A stretch of 29,131 bases of DNA from Hormoscilla sp. (GCA_051439505.1 JBFRWI010000059.1:1-29131), one strand, 5' to 3'; positions 19,046-28,966 are shown, counted from the first letter of the stretch. Numbers and translations: made by a program. The notes: generated from the letters alone by a model not told the origin.

Positions 19046-19630
19046 ATGGAAATAAAAGTTGAATGTCAAAAACGGGAACAGGGAAGCAAACCGAGGGCGA
19101 TGCGTCGCGCGGGGTTGATTCCGGCTAACCTATACGGTCATAATGGTGCAGAAGCAATTTCTCTAACTCTGCCAGCAAAAACGGTGGAACACTTGCTGAA
19201 AGAAGCTACCGTTAACAACACTTTGATCGATCTAGAAATAACAGATATCCCCTGGAGGGGCAAGACTTTACTGCGGGAAGTGCAAACTCATCCCTGGAAG
19301 GGCTATCCATACCACCTCAGCTTTTTCTCGATCGCCTCTCAATCGTCTATCAAGGTGGTGATGCCACTGAAATTTGTAGGAGAGGCGATCGGGGTGAAGC
19401 AACAAGGGGGTATATTGGAAACGCGCTCGACGGAAATAGAGGTGGAGTGTGCTCCAGATAACATCCCTGAGGCGATCGAAGTGGACGTGTCGGAACTGCA
19501 GGTAGGCAAGGCCCTGCATGTCAAGGAATTGGTTTTGCCCCCAGGAGTGAAAGCTGCTAGCGAACCGGAACAAATTCTGGCAACAGTGCTGGCGAGCAGG
19601 TTGACAAAAACACAAAAAGATACAGAGTAA
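19046..19630 (+). CDS. rplY: 50S ribosomal protein L25 / general stress protein Ctc
   Basis: RRAGLIPANLYG, LREVQTHP and the Ctc beta domain (IPEAIEVDVSEL.VG). Confidence 0.95.
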   Translation: MEIKVECQKREQGSKPRAMRRAGLIPANLYGHNGAEAISLTLPAKTVEHLLKEATVNNTLIDLEITDIPWRGKTLLREVQTHPWKGYPYHLSFFSIASQSSIKVVMPLKFVGEAIGVKQQGGILETRSTEIEVECAPDNIPEAIEVDVSELQVGKALHVKELVLPPGVKAASEPEQILATVLASRLTKTQKDTE

Positions 19631-19717
19631 AAAGGAAAGGAGAATGGAGAAGGGAGCAAACGTAAATCTCCATTCTCAATTTTCAATTGGCAATTATCAA
19701 TAGGTGGTGAACGGAAA

Positions 19718-20728
19718 ATGACGGCAAGCGGTAAAGAGGTGGATGTATTTGGAGTGGGCAACGCCCTGGTGGACATTCTGGCATTAGTGCAGGATGATTT
19801 TATTGTATCCCACGAGTTGAATCGCGGGGCGATGACTCTGGTGGACGACCAAAGGCAAGGGGGACTTTTGCTCGACTTGGAAGGGACTAAGCTGCAATTG
19901 CGATCGGGTGGTTCGGCGGCAAATACGATGATCGCGATCGCCCAAAGTGGTGGTAGTGGTTTCTATTCGGGTAAGGTTTCCCAGGACAGCAACGGTGAAT
20001 TCTATCGCCAGGATATGCTGGATGCTGGGATTAAGTTTGATGTAGCTCCAGCAACGTCTTCTAGTGGCCCGACAGGAACATGCGTGGTGCTGACGACTCC
20101 AGATGCGGAACGGACGATGTGTACGAATCTGGGTGTTTCTATCACTTTGTCGGCGGCGGATATCGATGTGGACAGGCTCAAAGGCTGCAAATATAGCTAT
20201 GTGGAGGGCTATCTTTGGGATGGGCCAGATCCGCGCCAAGCGAGTGTGGAGACCATGTCTCAGTCGAAGCGCCACGGAGTGCGGGTAGCATATACTTTTT
20301 CGGATGCGTTCTTGGTCGATCGCTTTGCTGATGATTTCCGCCAGATAGTTTCTCAATATTGTGACGTACTCTTCTGCAATGCGGATGAGGTGCGCCGCTT
20401 CTGCGAACTGGAATCTATAGAAGACTGCGCTGCGAAAATGGGTGAGTTGGTGGATCTGGCGTTTATTACCGATGGTGGCAAGGGCTGCCTGGTGGTAGAA
20501 AATAAACAGATATCTACAGTGCCAGGATATCCAGTGCAGGCGATCGATACGGTGGGAGCTGGAGATGCTTTTGCTGGTGGGGTGCTGTTCGGACTCACCC
20601 ACGGCTATAGTGCGATCGAATCAGCCCGCTGGGGAAACTATTTGGGTTCTCAGGTGGTGCAGGTCTACGGCCCCCGTCTGGAGGGATCCCAGGCCAATAA
20701 GTTGGCGGAAATAATGGCAGGAAAATGA
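19718..20728 (+). CDS. PfkB-family carbohydrate/adenosine kinase
   Basis: GNALVD, GGSAANT, ERTM.T.LG and DTVGAGDAFAGG. Confidence 0.93.
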   Translation: MTASGKEVDVFGVGNALVDILALVQDDFIVSHELNRGAMTLVDDQRQGGLLLDLEGTKLQLRSGGSAANTMIAIAQSGGSGFYSGKVSQDSNGEFYRQDMLDAGIKFDVAPATSSSGPTGTCVVLTTPDAERTMCTNLGVSITLSAADIDVDRLKGCKYSYVEGYLWDGPDPRQASVETMSQSKRHGVRVAYTFSDAFLVDRFADDFRQIVSQYCDVLFCNADEVRRFCELESIEDCAAKMGELVDLAFITDGGKGCLVVENKQISTVPGYPVQAIDTVGAGDAFAGGVLFGLTHGYSAIESARWGNYLGSQVVQVYGPRLEGSQANKLAEIMAGK

Positions 20729-21039
20729 AGAAAGATAAATTGGCAGGGGCGAAAATAGGCTTATTTTTCCTGATCGGTTTTGTGCTGCTGCAATATCCCA
20801 TGGTTATGAGTATCAGTCTGGCCATAGTTGGGGCGATCGCTGCTCGCTGGATAATGGAATCTTGGACGGATGAAACAACATCGTCGGAGTCAGTGGAATT
20901 ACCATTTACTAAGACTAGCGAGCAAAATCCTTTTGACAAGAGCAAGGCTGGTGCTGAAGTCTGGAACAAGTCGGCAGCAGCAGGCTCTTTATTGGGTGGC
21001 GCTCAAAATTGGCTGAAGCTCTTCAAGAAACAGCAATAG
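20725..21039 (+). CDS. hypothetical membrane protein
   Basis: Two N-terminal hydrophobic segments. ATGA overlap with the pfkB stop. Confidence 0.7.
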   Translation: MKKDKLAGAKIGLFFLIGFVLLQYPMVMSISLAIVGAIAARWIMESWTDETTSSESVELPFTKTSEQNPFDKSKAGAEVWNKSAAAGSLLGGAQNWLKLFKKQQ

Positions 21040-21223
21040 GAATGTGACGAACATGTAAATTAAAATGTCGTCAGCATTCAGTTCCCTGTCCTATGGCACG
21101 AGAATCCCCGCAGCAATCTCATCTATGATACCAGAGATGGCTGCGGGGGTATTATTTAGGATCCCGTGACAGACATCGGCATGTTCGCGCTCATATAAAT
21201 GAGAATGAGGAATTAGCAGAAAA

Positions 21224-22018
21224 ATGTTTTTATATCTCTCGAAAGTTTTGCCATTGTTAATCTATCCCTTGGGTTTGAGTTGCCTGCTGATGCTCGTGGC
21301 GCTGGGGATGCTATGGAAGTCTCCCAAAAAGGCGGCGATCCCCCTTGCTCTGGCCCTAATACTGTTGCTGGTCAGCGGCAATGGTTGGGTGAGTGAGTGG
21401 TTGGTGCGATCGCTCGAAGAGCAGAATACCCCCTCGCAAGATTTGCCCGTAGTTGATGCAATCGTGGTTTTGGGAGGTGGGATTAAGGAATGGAAAGAAC
21501 CGCGTCCTTGGCCAGATTTGAGTGAAGGGGGCGATCGGATCGTCTACGGTGCCCAGCTATACAATCAGTATAAGGGTTCCATATTAATTCTCAGTGGCGG
21601 TCGGATAGACTGGCAAAAGGGGACTGGCCCATCAGAGTCAAAGGATATGGCAGAAATTGCTGAATATCTGGGGGTGCCCAGGGCAGCAATTATCCAAGAC
21701 CCCAATGCTCTAAATACTCACGAAAATGCCGTCAACGTGCGCAAAATTATGGCTGACAGGGGTATAGAGCGGGTGCTGCTGGTAACATCGGCCATGCATA
21801 TGCCCCGAGCTTTCTTGACCTTCGATCGAGAAGGAATTAATGCAACGGCTGCGCCCACAGACTTTTTAACCACCAAACCACCTCTGCACGAGCGGGAACT
21901 TACTCCTGGAGAGATCCTACTCAATATTCTTCCCGATGTACAGAGAATCGGACACACAACTAAGGCATTAAAGGAATATACGGGCCTAGTTACTTATCGT
22001 CTGCGAGGATGGTTGTAG
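21224..22018 (+). CDS. YdcF/DUF218 (ElyC/SanA-like) family protein
   Basis: DAIVVLGGG, ILSGG, NTHENA, LLVTSAMHMPRA and KEYTG. Confidence 0.92.
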   Translation: MFLYLSKVLPLLIYPLGLSCLLMLVALGMLWKSPKKAAIPLALALILLLVSGNGWVSEWLVRSLEEQNTPSQDLPVVDAIVVLGGGIKEWKEPRPWPDLSEGGDRIVYGAQLYNQYKGSILILSGGRIDWQKGTGPSESKDMAEIAEYLGVPRAAIIQDPNALNTHENAVNVRKIMADRGIERVLLVTSAMHMPRAFLTFDREGINATAAPTDFLTTKPPLHERELTPGEILLNILPDVQRIGHTTKALKEYTGLVTYRLRGWL

Positions 22019-22028
22019 GTGAGTGGTT

Positions 22029-22097
22029 AGTAGTCAGTAGTCAGTAGTTAGTGATATAATATTGACAACTGACAACTGACAACTATCAACTAACCAC
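22029..22097. repeat. inverted arrangement of heptamer repeats (AGTAGTC)n...(TGACAAC)n
   Basis: Direct reading. Related heptamers occur at 13361-13372 and 14353-14381. Confidence 0.75.
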
Positions 22098-22105
22098 TTA
22101 ATATT

Positions 22106-22342
22106 ATGGCCTCAGAGCTTCAACGGATCGTGCCTGCGCCTCAACCGGAAATGATGGAAATTCTAGAGGCCCATCAGGTAACTAGGGAGTTTTACCAGGA
22201 ATTGCAGTATCGCCAAGAGTTCGATCGTTATTGTGATTGGTATTATCTCACGGCTCAGCAAAATCAGCAAGAATTAGAGCAAATGCGTTCGGAATTGAAT
22301 ATTTTTGGTTGGTTTTTAGGGAAACGCCGAACTCAAGGTTGA
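22106..22342 (+). CDS. small hypothetical protein
   Basis: 78 aa, containing EFYQELQYRQEFDRYCDWYY and ending ELNIFGWF. It resembles a conserved cyanobacterial small protein as recalled from memory. Confidence 0.75.
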   Translation: MASELQRIVPAPQPEMMEILEAHQVTREFYQELQYRQEFDRYCDWYYLTAQQNQQELEQMRSELNIFGWFLGKRRTQG

Positions 22343-22390
22343 GGAAAATGGCGATCGGACCCCAGAAGGGCGATCGCCCATAAATTTATG

Positions 22391-22431
22391 TTGACAAAAG
22401 CTCGGGTTATGTTACGATAATAGCAAAGGAG
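22391..22431 (+). promoter_or_regulatory. promoter and RBS of the two-gene cassette
   Basis: TTGACA at 22391, extended -10 TGtTACGAT at 22410-22418 and AAGGAG at 22426. Confidence 0.65.
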
Positions 22432-22439
22432 TTGAGATA

Positions 22440-22850
22440 ATGACTGTAACAAAGGAAATACCAACTAAGAGCATCGATCGGGTCAGCCCGTCAAGCTTCA
22501 CGACCACCTTGAAAAGTATTCTGGAACTATTAGACTTGGAAGAGGAGGATGATTACGGGATTCTAAAACCAAATGAATATGCTTTCAAGACAGCCATGCA
22601 GTTGGTTGTCGAGGCCCATGAAATAATGGAAATTTCCTTTCCAAAAGGTTCTGCTTCTACAGATCATCAAGGTAGTATCAGGATAACTTGGAAGAACAGA
22701 GACAAAAAACGGTTAGTTCGCCTGTTTTGTCCGTGTAATTCAGAGCAACCAGTTGATATTTATCACGATAGTAGTGATGAGTATAATGTAGAGGATGTCT
22801 CTTCAGTGTCAACATTAGTTCATTGGTTAGAGTGGTTGAATGCTTCATGA
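22440..22850 (+). CDS. hypothetical acidic protein, putative antitoxin/immunity partner
   Basis: 136 aa with RBS. Its stop overlaps the next start (ATGA 22847-22850). Confidence 0.75.
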   Translation: MTVTKEIPTKSIDRVSPSSFTTTLKSILELLDLEEEDDYGILKPNEYAFKTAMQLVVEAHEIMEISFPKGSASTDHQGSIRITWKNRDKKRLVRLFCPCNSEQPVDIYHDSSDEYNVEDVSSVSTLVHWLEWLNAS

Positions 22851-23245
22851 CAGAACAAGATTATAATAGTGGGTCAGAGTTGGAACCATTACCTGATAGC
22901 GCCATTGTCTACCGGGCATTACTCCGTAAGTGGTGGATAGATTCGGAGACATATGAAGTCACAGATGATGCCTACTTTTTGCGTAAAAATAAAAACGAAT
23001 CGGGTCTTTCTGTCAGGCTTGCTAGCGCTTGCTCTCCATCAGAATGTGCTGCCAGATTCAGAAATTGTTATGGAGTTGCTAGTCTCCAGGTAGGTCAAGT
23101 ACGTGAATTGGGTTTAGATGTAGTGCCTGACTCCCCATCTCATGCTCAGATCATAGGTCTACCGTATCGTGAAGATGACCGTAATAATGCAGATCGGCTT
23201 GCCCGTTTGTTGGCACAGCAGTCTCGCCTCGTTTGGCAAGCATAA
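22847..23245 (+). CDS. hypothetical protein with ADP-ribosyltransferase-fold-like motifs (putative toxin)
   Basis: IVYRAL...SGLSVR...GLDVVPDSPSHAQIIG. The R..S..H arrangement is reminiscent of Tse2/RES-like ART domains. Confidence 0.6.
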   Translation: MTEQDYNSGSELEPLPDSAIVYRALLRKWWIDSETYEVTDDAYFLRKNKNESGLSVRLASACSPSECAARFRNCYGVASLQVGQVRELGLDVVPDSPSHAQIIGLPYREDDRNNADRLARLLAQQSRLVWQA

Positions 23246-23339
23246 AGTAGTCTGACGCGATCGCTTGCATCTCTACAGAAATCGACTTGAGATACAGGCG
23301 ATAACTGACAGTATATTGGTGAATTAACCGGTGAATAAA

Positions 23340-23370
23340 GAAACCCTGTTTTCGGTCAAAACAGGGTTTC
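23340..23370. terminator. perfect 13-bp inverted repeat between convergent genes
   Basis: GAAACCCTGTTTT-cggtc-AAAACAGGGTTTC. Confidence 0.7.
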
Positions 23371-23442
23371 TGGGGATGGGTGATTCTAGCACCGAGAGGA
23401 TTATGCCGCAGAATGAAGCGCTAAAGCGCTTACTACAAACGA

Positions 23443-23679
23443 TTACCCATTAGTGATAACTTCAAGTTCATTTTCCCGTAAGTGAACCTTGAATTTTTTC
23501 TCGAATTTGACTAGAATCGGCAGATTAGCACTGATCGGTTTCCCATCCCGCTCCAAAATGATATCGAGCACTTCCCCTTCCTGTCCCTGGAGTTCAAAAG
23601 GTTGATTGCGATTTTGAGGGTGATGGTAAACTACCACAGATTTTGCGACCCGAACCCGATCGCCTACTTTGATGTCCAT
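23443..23679 (-). CDS. ftrV: ferredoxin-thioredoxin reductase variable chain
   Basis: KVGDRVRV..SVVVYHHP, G.EGEV, ISANLP and FKVHLRENELE. Confidence 0.93.
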   Translation of the reverse strand: MDIKVGDRVRVAKSVVVYHHPQNRNQPFELQGQEGEVLDIILERDGKPISANLPILVKFEKKFKVHLRENELEVITNG

Positions 23680-23775
23680 GTGTATTCTCTCTCCTACAAA
23701 GCCCGAGCGTCTTGGCGCTAGATTAGATAATCTTGCAAAATACCATAAAACCAGTCGGAAAAATAGACGAGACTG

Positions 23776-25647
23776 CTATAAATTAGAAGAGGAATTGGAC
23801 CCCGGTAGCGGTAAACTCTCCCGCAGCCGCTTAAACCATTCGGTATCCAGCTGCGACCAGGACACCAACCCCACAATACTCACGATCGACAATATTGCCA
23901 GCAACCCACAGACCATCATTATTCTTTTCATCCTTTGTCCCACCGATTGCTGGTCTAAGGTGGCCACCGGTGATTCGGCATCGGCGATCGCAGCTTGCTG
24001 AGGGGAAAAGTCCGGATCGCGATCGCGAGGCTTACCAGCATTAACTGTCCCAGTAGTCACCTCGGGCATTGAGCGCGGGGATGAGATGCGGCAGCGGACC
24101 AGCACCACGGAAGTATTATCATGACCATTCTTGCGATTAGCCAAATTAATCCAAGCTTGGACGGCCTCGTCAAGAGATCTATTCTCATCAAACATCATCC
24201 CGACGCAATCAGTCCAAGATTTCTCAATACAGTCCCGATCGCTCAAACCATCAGAACAGAGCAACAGCACCCCATCTTCTACTAGGATCAACCTCTGGAC
24301 GTTGGGGAAGATCGATTCACCGTCTCGGGTCCCCAAAGCTTGGGTTAAGGATCCACCATCGGGAGCCCGCAGCGCTTGCCGGTATGTCGCACGTCCCGAG
24401 GACACTTCCCTAACAGAAACATCATCATCCACGGTCAATAGCTGACAATAGTCCCGAGTAATCCAATAGGCGCGACTATCTCCCACATGGGCTAGGTAAA
24501 GTTCGTGACTATTCTCTAATTGCGAACCATCCGCTGTCGATACCTTCTGGGGCATCTGAAGGGCCATCACTAAAGTAGTAGCCATCCGCTGTCGTGATTC
24601 TCGCCCTTGCTCATCATTTTGAGCAGCAATCAAGTTATTCACTACCCTGATCGCAGATGATAAATGCTCCATGCAGACGTAAGGCATTACCAGTTCCGTT
24701 TGTTGCGCCAACTCACTCAGCAGCCCTTGCACCTGCAAACATAGCGCTCGCACTGCCATCTGGCTAGCAACCTCTCCCCCTTCATGACCGCCCACCCCAT
24801 CGCAGACGATCGCCAGTCCGGGAATTGTATCATCATCAGGTATGGTGCTGTCTGGTGGGAACACTGTCTGAGGAAAGCAACTGTCCTCGTTGTGGAACCG
24901 CCGGGGACCTGTCTCCGAACCTCCAGCAAACTCTAACTGCAAAGGCTGCTGGGCCGCCACCTCTAGTAATAGCTGATTTAGGGCTGGGGCGATCGCCTCT
25001 ACCTTCGCATCAGCAGCATACATCTGCTGAGAGATATCTTGCAATTCCTTGCTCACAGCGGAGTTTGTTTGAGTAATCCAACTCCACCAGCAACTGGCCA
25101 AATCCCCCAAAGATGGGATCTTTGGCATATCTGGACTCCCCGGTACCCGATCTGCGTGCAGTTCCAGCAGCCAAACCCGCCCACCTTGAACCCGGATATT
25201 CTCCGGTACCAGCAGACTTGATGCCACCCCTGAAGCGGATAAAGGATTCCACAGCATCAGCATTTGCCAGAGCCAATAAACCTGAAGCACAGTCCTTGCT
25301 CCCAACCAAGCTTCTGCTATTCCAGGGTACAAACCTCCAGATGCTGTTACCGGCACGTTCTCCAGCAACAGAATATTGCTAACTTCCCGACGGTTTTCCA
25401 GTCGCGCATATCCATACACCTCTGGCACATGCCGTCGGTGGGGAAATAAACGTAAATAAGGTATAATTTCCCCAAGGCTGTTCAACTCCGCTGGTAGTCC
25501 GGGCTGGGATTCCGGTAAGGTATCCAGCCAGATTTGCGGAGCCTCCACCCGGTATCTGGAAGCTACCAACTTACCTACTCTCACTTGGGCCGCAGTTCCA
25601 CCCACTGCCCAGAGATAGCGCCCAATCAGCCGCTCTTGACTGCTCAT
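23776..25647 (-). CDS. PP2C/PPM Ser/Thr phosphatase with N-terminal extension and C-terminal TM
   Basis: RFHNED, VCDGVGGHEGG, MATTL, HVGDSRAY, LTQALG, LCSDGL and GHDNTSV. Confidence 0.93.
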   Translation of the reverse strand: MSSQERLIGRYLWAVGGTAAQVRVGKLVASRYRVEAPQIWLDTLPESQPGLPAELNSLGEIIPYLRLFPHRRHVPEVYGYARLENRREVSNILLLENVPVTASGGLYPGIAEAWLGARTVLQVYWLWQMLMLWNPLSASGVASSLLVPENIRVQGGRVWLLELHADRVPGSPDMPKIPSLGDLASCWWSWITQTNSAVSKELQDISQQMYAADAKVEAIAPALNQLLLEVAAQQPLQLEFAGGSETGPRRFHNEDSCFPQTVFPPDSTIPDDDTIPGLAIVCDGVGGHEGGEVASQMAVRALCLQVQGLLSELAQQTELVMPYVCMEHLSSAIRVVNNLIAAQNDEQGRESRQRMATTLVMALQMPQKVSTADGSQLENSHELYLAHVGDSRAYWITRDYCQLLTVDDDVSVREVSSGRATYRQALRAPDGGSLTQALGTRDGESIFPNVQRLILVEDGVLLLCSDGLSDRDCIEKSWTDCVGMMFDENRSLDEAVQAWINLANRKNGHDNTSVVLVRCRISSPRSMPEVTTGTVNAGKPRDRDPDFSPQQAAIADAESPVATLDQQSVGQRMKRIMMVCGLLAILSIVSIVGLVSWSQLDTEWFKRLRESLPLPGSNSSSNL

Positions 25648-25770
25648 GGATTAAAACGATTTTTCCGACTATCTTAAAAATAGGTTAATCATTCCACACT
25701 TCTTACGGAACCTGAGATTAAACTATTAATTATACTACCCCGATGGCGCAGTCACTCCCGAAGGTGCTAT

Positions 25771-26205
25771 ATGGCTCTTACTCCTACTATATTTTGGTTA
25801 CTGGCATTTATTGTCCTGTGCGTGATGGAAGTGGTCACCCCAACCGCCTTTGTGGAATTGATGATGGGACTCAGCGCTTTGATGGTCGCCGGAGTTGCAC
25901 TGATTTTTCCCCAACTGGCCGTTGGCCTACAGATTGCCCTGTGGATGGGATTGTCCCTTGCTCTGGTATTTGGCTCCCGCCGCTTTCTGCCCACACGCAA
26001 AGTTTACTCCATTGCCGACGCCACCTCCGCCGAAACCTTGACCGAGATCTTGCCCGGTCAGGCGGGCCGCGTCCTCTATGAAGGCAATTCCTGGCGGGCT
26101 AAGTGTGATGATAGCATTAGCGCGATCGCCCCCGACCAGAAGGTTTACGTCCTCCGCCGGGAAGGCAATACCCTGATTGTCATGCCCGAACATCTCTTGC
26201 ATTGA
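25771..26205 (+). CDS. NfeD-family membrane protein
   Basis: Three TM segments, then an OB-fold segment GRVLYEGNSWRA...EGNTLIV. It precedes an SPFH gene. Confidence 0.9.
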   Translation: MALTPTIFWLLAFIVLCVMEVVTPTAFVELMMGLSALMVAGVALIFPQLAVGLQIALWMGLSLALVFGSRRFLPTRKVYSIADATSAETLTEILPGQAGRVLYEGNSWRAKCDDSISAIAPDQKVYVLRREGNTLIVMPEHLLH

Positions 26206-26317
26206 AAATAGCAAACGTAAAAATTGAAAATTGTCAAGTTTGGTAACACAAGGCGGGGTTCCGCTTTCAGAATAAATAGAAGCATCATTGAACTTAATCG
26301 AAAAGGAGATTCACGCT

Positions 26318-27316
26318 ATGGAAGCATTATTTGGACTGCTTGCTGCTCTGGGAGTGGGCGGGTATGTCTTAAGAGGCTCTGTTAAGATTATCAATCAAGG
26401 GGACCAAGCCTTAGTGGAAGCCTTGGGGAAATACAACGGCAAAAAACTGGAACCGGGACTGAATTTCCTGGTGCCAGTGTACCATAACGTGGTCTATAAA
26501 GATACCATCCGGGAAAAAGTCCTAGACGTGCCGCCCCAACAATGTATCACCCGGGACAATGTCTCGATCAGCGTTGATGCGGTGGTCTACTGGCGGATTA
26601 TGGACTTGGAGAAAGCCTATTACAAGGTGGAAAAACTCCGGGATGCGATGGTAAACTTGGTGCTGACTCAAATTCGGGCAGAAATGGGCAAGCTGGAACT
26701 GGATCAAACCTTTACTGCCCGATCGGAAGTGAATGAAGTGCTGCTGCGGGAATTGGATATTGCTACCGATCCTTGGGGGGTGAAGGTGACGCGGGTGGAA
26801 CTGCGGGACATCGTTCCTTCTAAAGCGGTGCAGGAGTCGATGGAATTGCAGATGTCAGCGGAACGGAAAAAACGGGCAGCAATTCTGACCTCGGAAGGGG
26901 AACGAGAATCAGCAGTTAACAGTGCTAAAGGTAGGGCGGAGGCGCAAGTTCTGGATGCGGAAGCACGTCAGAAAGCGGCAATTCTGGAGGCCGAGGCGCA
27001 ACAGAAAGCAACGATTCTCAAAGCGCAAGCAGAACGCCAACAGGCAGCTTTGAAGGCGGAAGGTACAGCTGCCGCGCTGAAAATTGTGGCTCAAACTCTC
27101 CAAGAAGACCCATTAGCCCGGGAGTCGCTGCAATTTTTACTGGCGCAGAATTATCTGGAAATGGGCATGAAGATTGGCAGCAGCGACAGCAGTAAGGTGA
27201 TGTTTATGGACCCCCGCAGCATTCCTGCTACCTTGGAAGGTATGCGATCGATCGTCTCTGAGGATAAGGCAGAAGTAGGTGAACTGAATTTTGCACCCGA
27301 TCGGTTCAAGAGTTGA
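26318..27316 (+). CDS. SPFH/band 7 (stomatin-like) protein
   Basis: [33 protein letters not shown] and [17 protein letters not shown] before ATG 26318. Confidence 0.95.
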   Translation: MEALFGLLAALGVGGYVLRGSVKIINQGDQALVEALGKYNGKKLEPGLNFLVPVYHNVVYKDTIREKVLDVPPQQCITRDNVSISVDAVVYWRIMDLEKAYYKVEKLRDAMVNLVLTQIRAEMGKLELDQTFTARSEVNEVLLRELDIATDPWGVKVTRVELRDIVPSKAVQESMELQMSAERKKRAAILTSEGERESAVNSAKGRAEAQVLDAEARQKAAILEAEAQQKATILKAQAERQQAALKAEGTAAALKIVAQTLQEDPLARESLQFLLAQNYLEMGMKIGSSDSSKVMFMDPRSIPATLEGMRSIVSEDKAEVGELNFAPDRFKS

Positions 27317-27317
27317 G

Positions 27318-27710
27318 TTAATCCTCTTTGGCTAGCTGGCACTGGTTACAGAGTCCGAAAAACTCTAGGGTATGATAGTAAACCTTGAAATTGTGAGCTG
27401 CTTGTAACTCAGTTGCCATCTGCTGGACGGGACAGAAATCTAAGGGAATGGATTCACCGCAGCGCAGACAGGTGATATGATGCTGGTCTTGATCGACCGA
27501 GCCATAAAGGGATTCGCCGTTAGCCAAAGTCCGCACTTGCAGGCAGCCCTCTTGCTTGAGGGCTTCCAGGGCGCGGTAAACTGTTGCTAAACCAGTGTTC
27601 TGCTTGCGGTTCCGCAGTTCTAGGTAAATTTCTTGGGCAGAAAGCGATCGATCTATGGAATGCAGCAGTTGCAAAATCCGCTCTTGACTCCGGGTGCGTT
27701 TGACTTTCAT
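27318..27710 (-). CDS. zur: Fur-family regulator, Zur/FurB type
   Basis: TRSQERIL..LSAQEIY..GLATVYRAL, HHITCLRCG and HTLEFFGLCNQC, resembling cyanobacterial FurB/Zur. Confidence 0.85.
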   Translation of the reverse strand: MKVKRTRSQERILQLLHSIDRSLSAQEIYLELRNRKQNTGLATVYRALEALKQEGCLQVRTLANGESLYGSVDQDQHHITCLRCGESIPLDFCPVQQMATELQAAHNFKVYYHTLEFFGLCNQCQLAKED

Positions 27711-27954
27711 CGACCTGTCTGGCAAATACTCTATTCATCATACATCGGATACGAACATATTCCCGCCGACAAATAAGTCATTGCTGTATCTGGGCTTCAT
27801 GGCAGTGCGGTGACGGTTACTTATCGGTCGGTTCTCCATCGTCAAATATCATATCGCTGGTTGGTATGGGTGCATCGGACCAGGGTTATTTGGTCAGACC
27901 TGTCGTACCATAATTTATGATATCATCAAATCGGTAATCTGACAAGGAATTGCT

Positions 27955-28236
27955 ATGACTGAGAAATATCACGCTCGTATTTATGTTACTCTGCGACCTT
28001 CCGTGCTAGATCCAGCTGGGGTGGCTGTGTCCTCTGGGTTGAAGCATCTGGGCTATGATGGCGTCGCTCGGGTGCGCATTGGTAAGTATATTGAACTTAA
28101 TTTGACTGCGGCAGATCCCGAAGATGCTAAAACTAAGTTGGATGAAATGTGCGATCGCCTCTTAGCTAACCCAGTTATTGAAGATTACCGCTTTGAAGTT
28201 ACTGAATTATCTGCTACTGCCCCGAAAGCTGGATGA
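27955..28236 (+). CDS. purS: phosphoribosylformylglycinamidine synthase subunit PurS
   Basis: VTLRPSVLDPAG, VRIGKYIEL and LLANPVIEDY. Confidence 0.96.
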   Translation: MTEKYHARIYVTLRPSVLDPAGVAVSSGLKHLGYDGVARVRIGKYIELNLTAADPEDAKTKLDEMCDRLLANPVIEDYRFEVTELSATAPKAG

Positions 28237-28275
28237 TTCATTATTTGATATTAGCACAAATCAGGAATAGTGGCA

Positions 28276-28929
28276 ATGAAATTTGGGATAGTGGTGTTTC
28301 CAGGATCGAATTGCGATCGGGACGTCGAATACGTTACCCGGGACTTACTCAAGCAACCAACTCGCATGGTTTGGCATCAAGAAACGGATATTTCCGATCT
28401 TGATGTGGTGGTTATCCCTGGCGGTTTTAGCTATGGTGATTATTTGCGCTGCGGCGCGATCGCCCGTTTCTCGCCGGTGATGGCCGAGGTTGTCGAACAT
28501 GCAGAACAAGGTAAACTGGTATTGGGCATCTGTAACGGCTTCCAGATCTTAACAGAAGTGGGATTGTTGCCCGGGGCTCTGGTCAGAAATCAGGACTTGC
28601 ATTTTATCTGCGATCGGGTGCCCCTGCGGGTAGAAACTAGCCACAGTTCTTGGACTGAGGGATACTCAGAAGGGGAAATTGTTACCTTACCCATTGCTCA
28701 CGGTGAAGGGAGATATTATGCTGATGATGAGACGATCGCATCATTAGAAAAGAACTCACAAGTGCTATTTAGCTACGAAGGGGAAAATCCTAATGGTTCT
28801 TTAAATAACATTGCTGGTATTTGTAACCAACAAGGGAATGTTTTAGGAATGATGCCCCATCCCGAAAGAGCATCAGACCCCATGTTGGGCGCTACGGATG
28901 GGATAAAATTGTTTAAGGGATTGCTTTAG
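28276..28929 (+). CDS. purQ: phosphoribosylformylglycinamidine synthase subunit PurQ
   Basis: FPGSNCD, PGGFSYGDYLR, GICNGFQ and MMPHPER. GTG at 28270 is an alternative start. Confidence 0.97.
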   Translation: MKFGIVVFPGSNCDRDVEYVTRDLLKQPTRMVWHQETDISDLDVVVIPGGFSYGDYLRCGAIARFSPVMAEVVEHAEQGKLVLGICNGFQILTEVGLLPGALVRNQDLHFICDRVPLRVETSHSSWTEGYSEGEIVTLPIAHGEGRYYADDETIASLEKNSQVLFSYEGENPNGSLNNIAGICNQQGNVLGMMPHPERASDPMLGATDGIKLFKGLL

Positions 28930-28941
28930 AGGCTAATAAAT

Positions 28942-28966
28942 GTAGGGTGGGCAGTGCCCACCTTAC
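28942..28966. repeat. REP-like palindrome downstream of purQ
   Basis: GTAGGGTGGGCAGTGCCCACCTTAC. Confidence 0.85.

Noticed and set aside
19784..20602. 272-aa antisense ORF (likewise 15508-16083 and other shadow ORFs)
   Set aside because: They lie opposite well-supported conserved genes and have no motifs.
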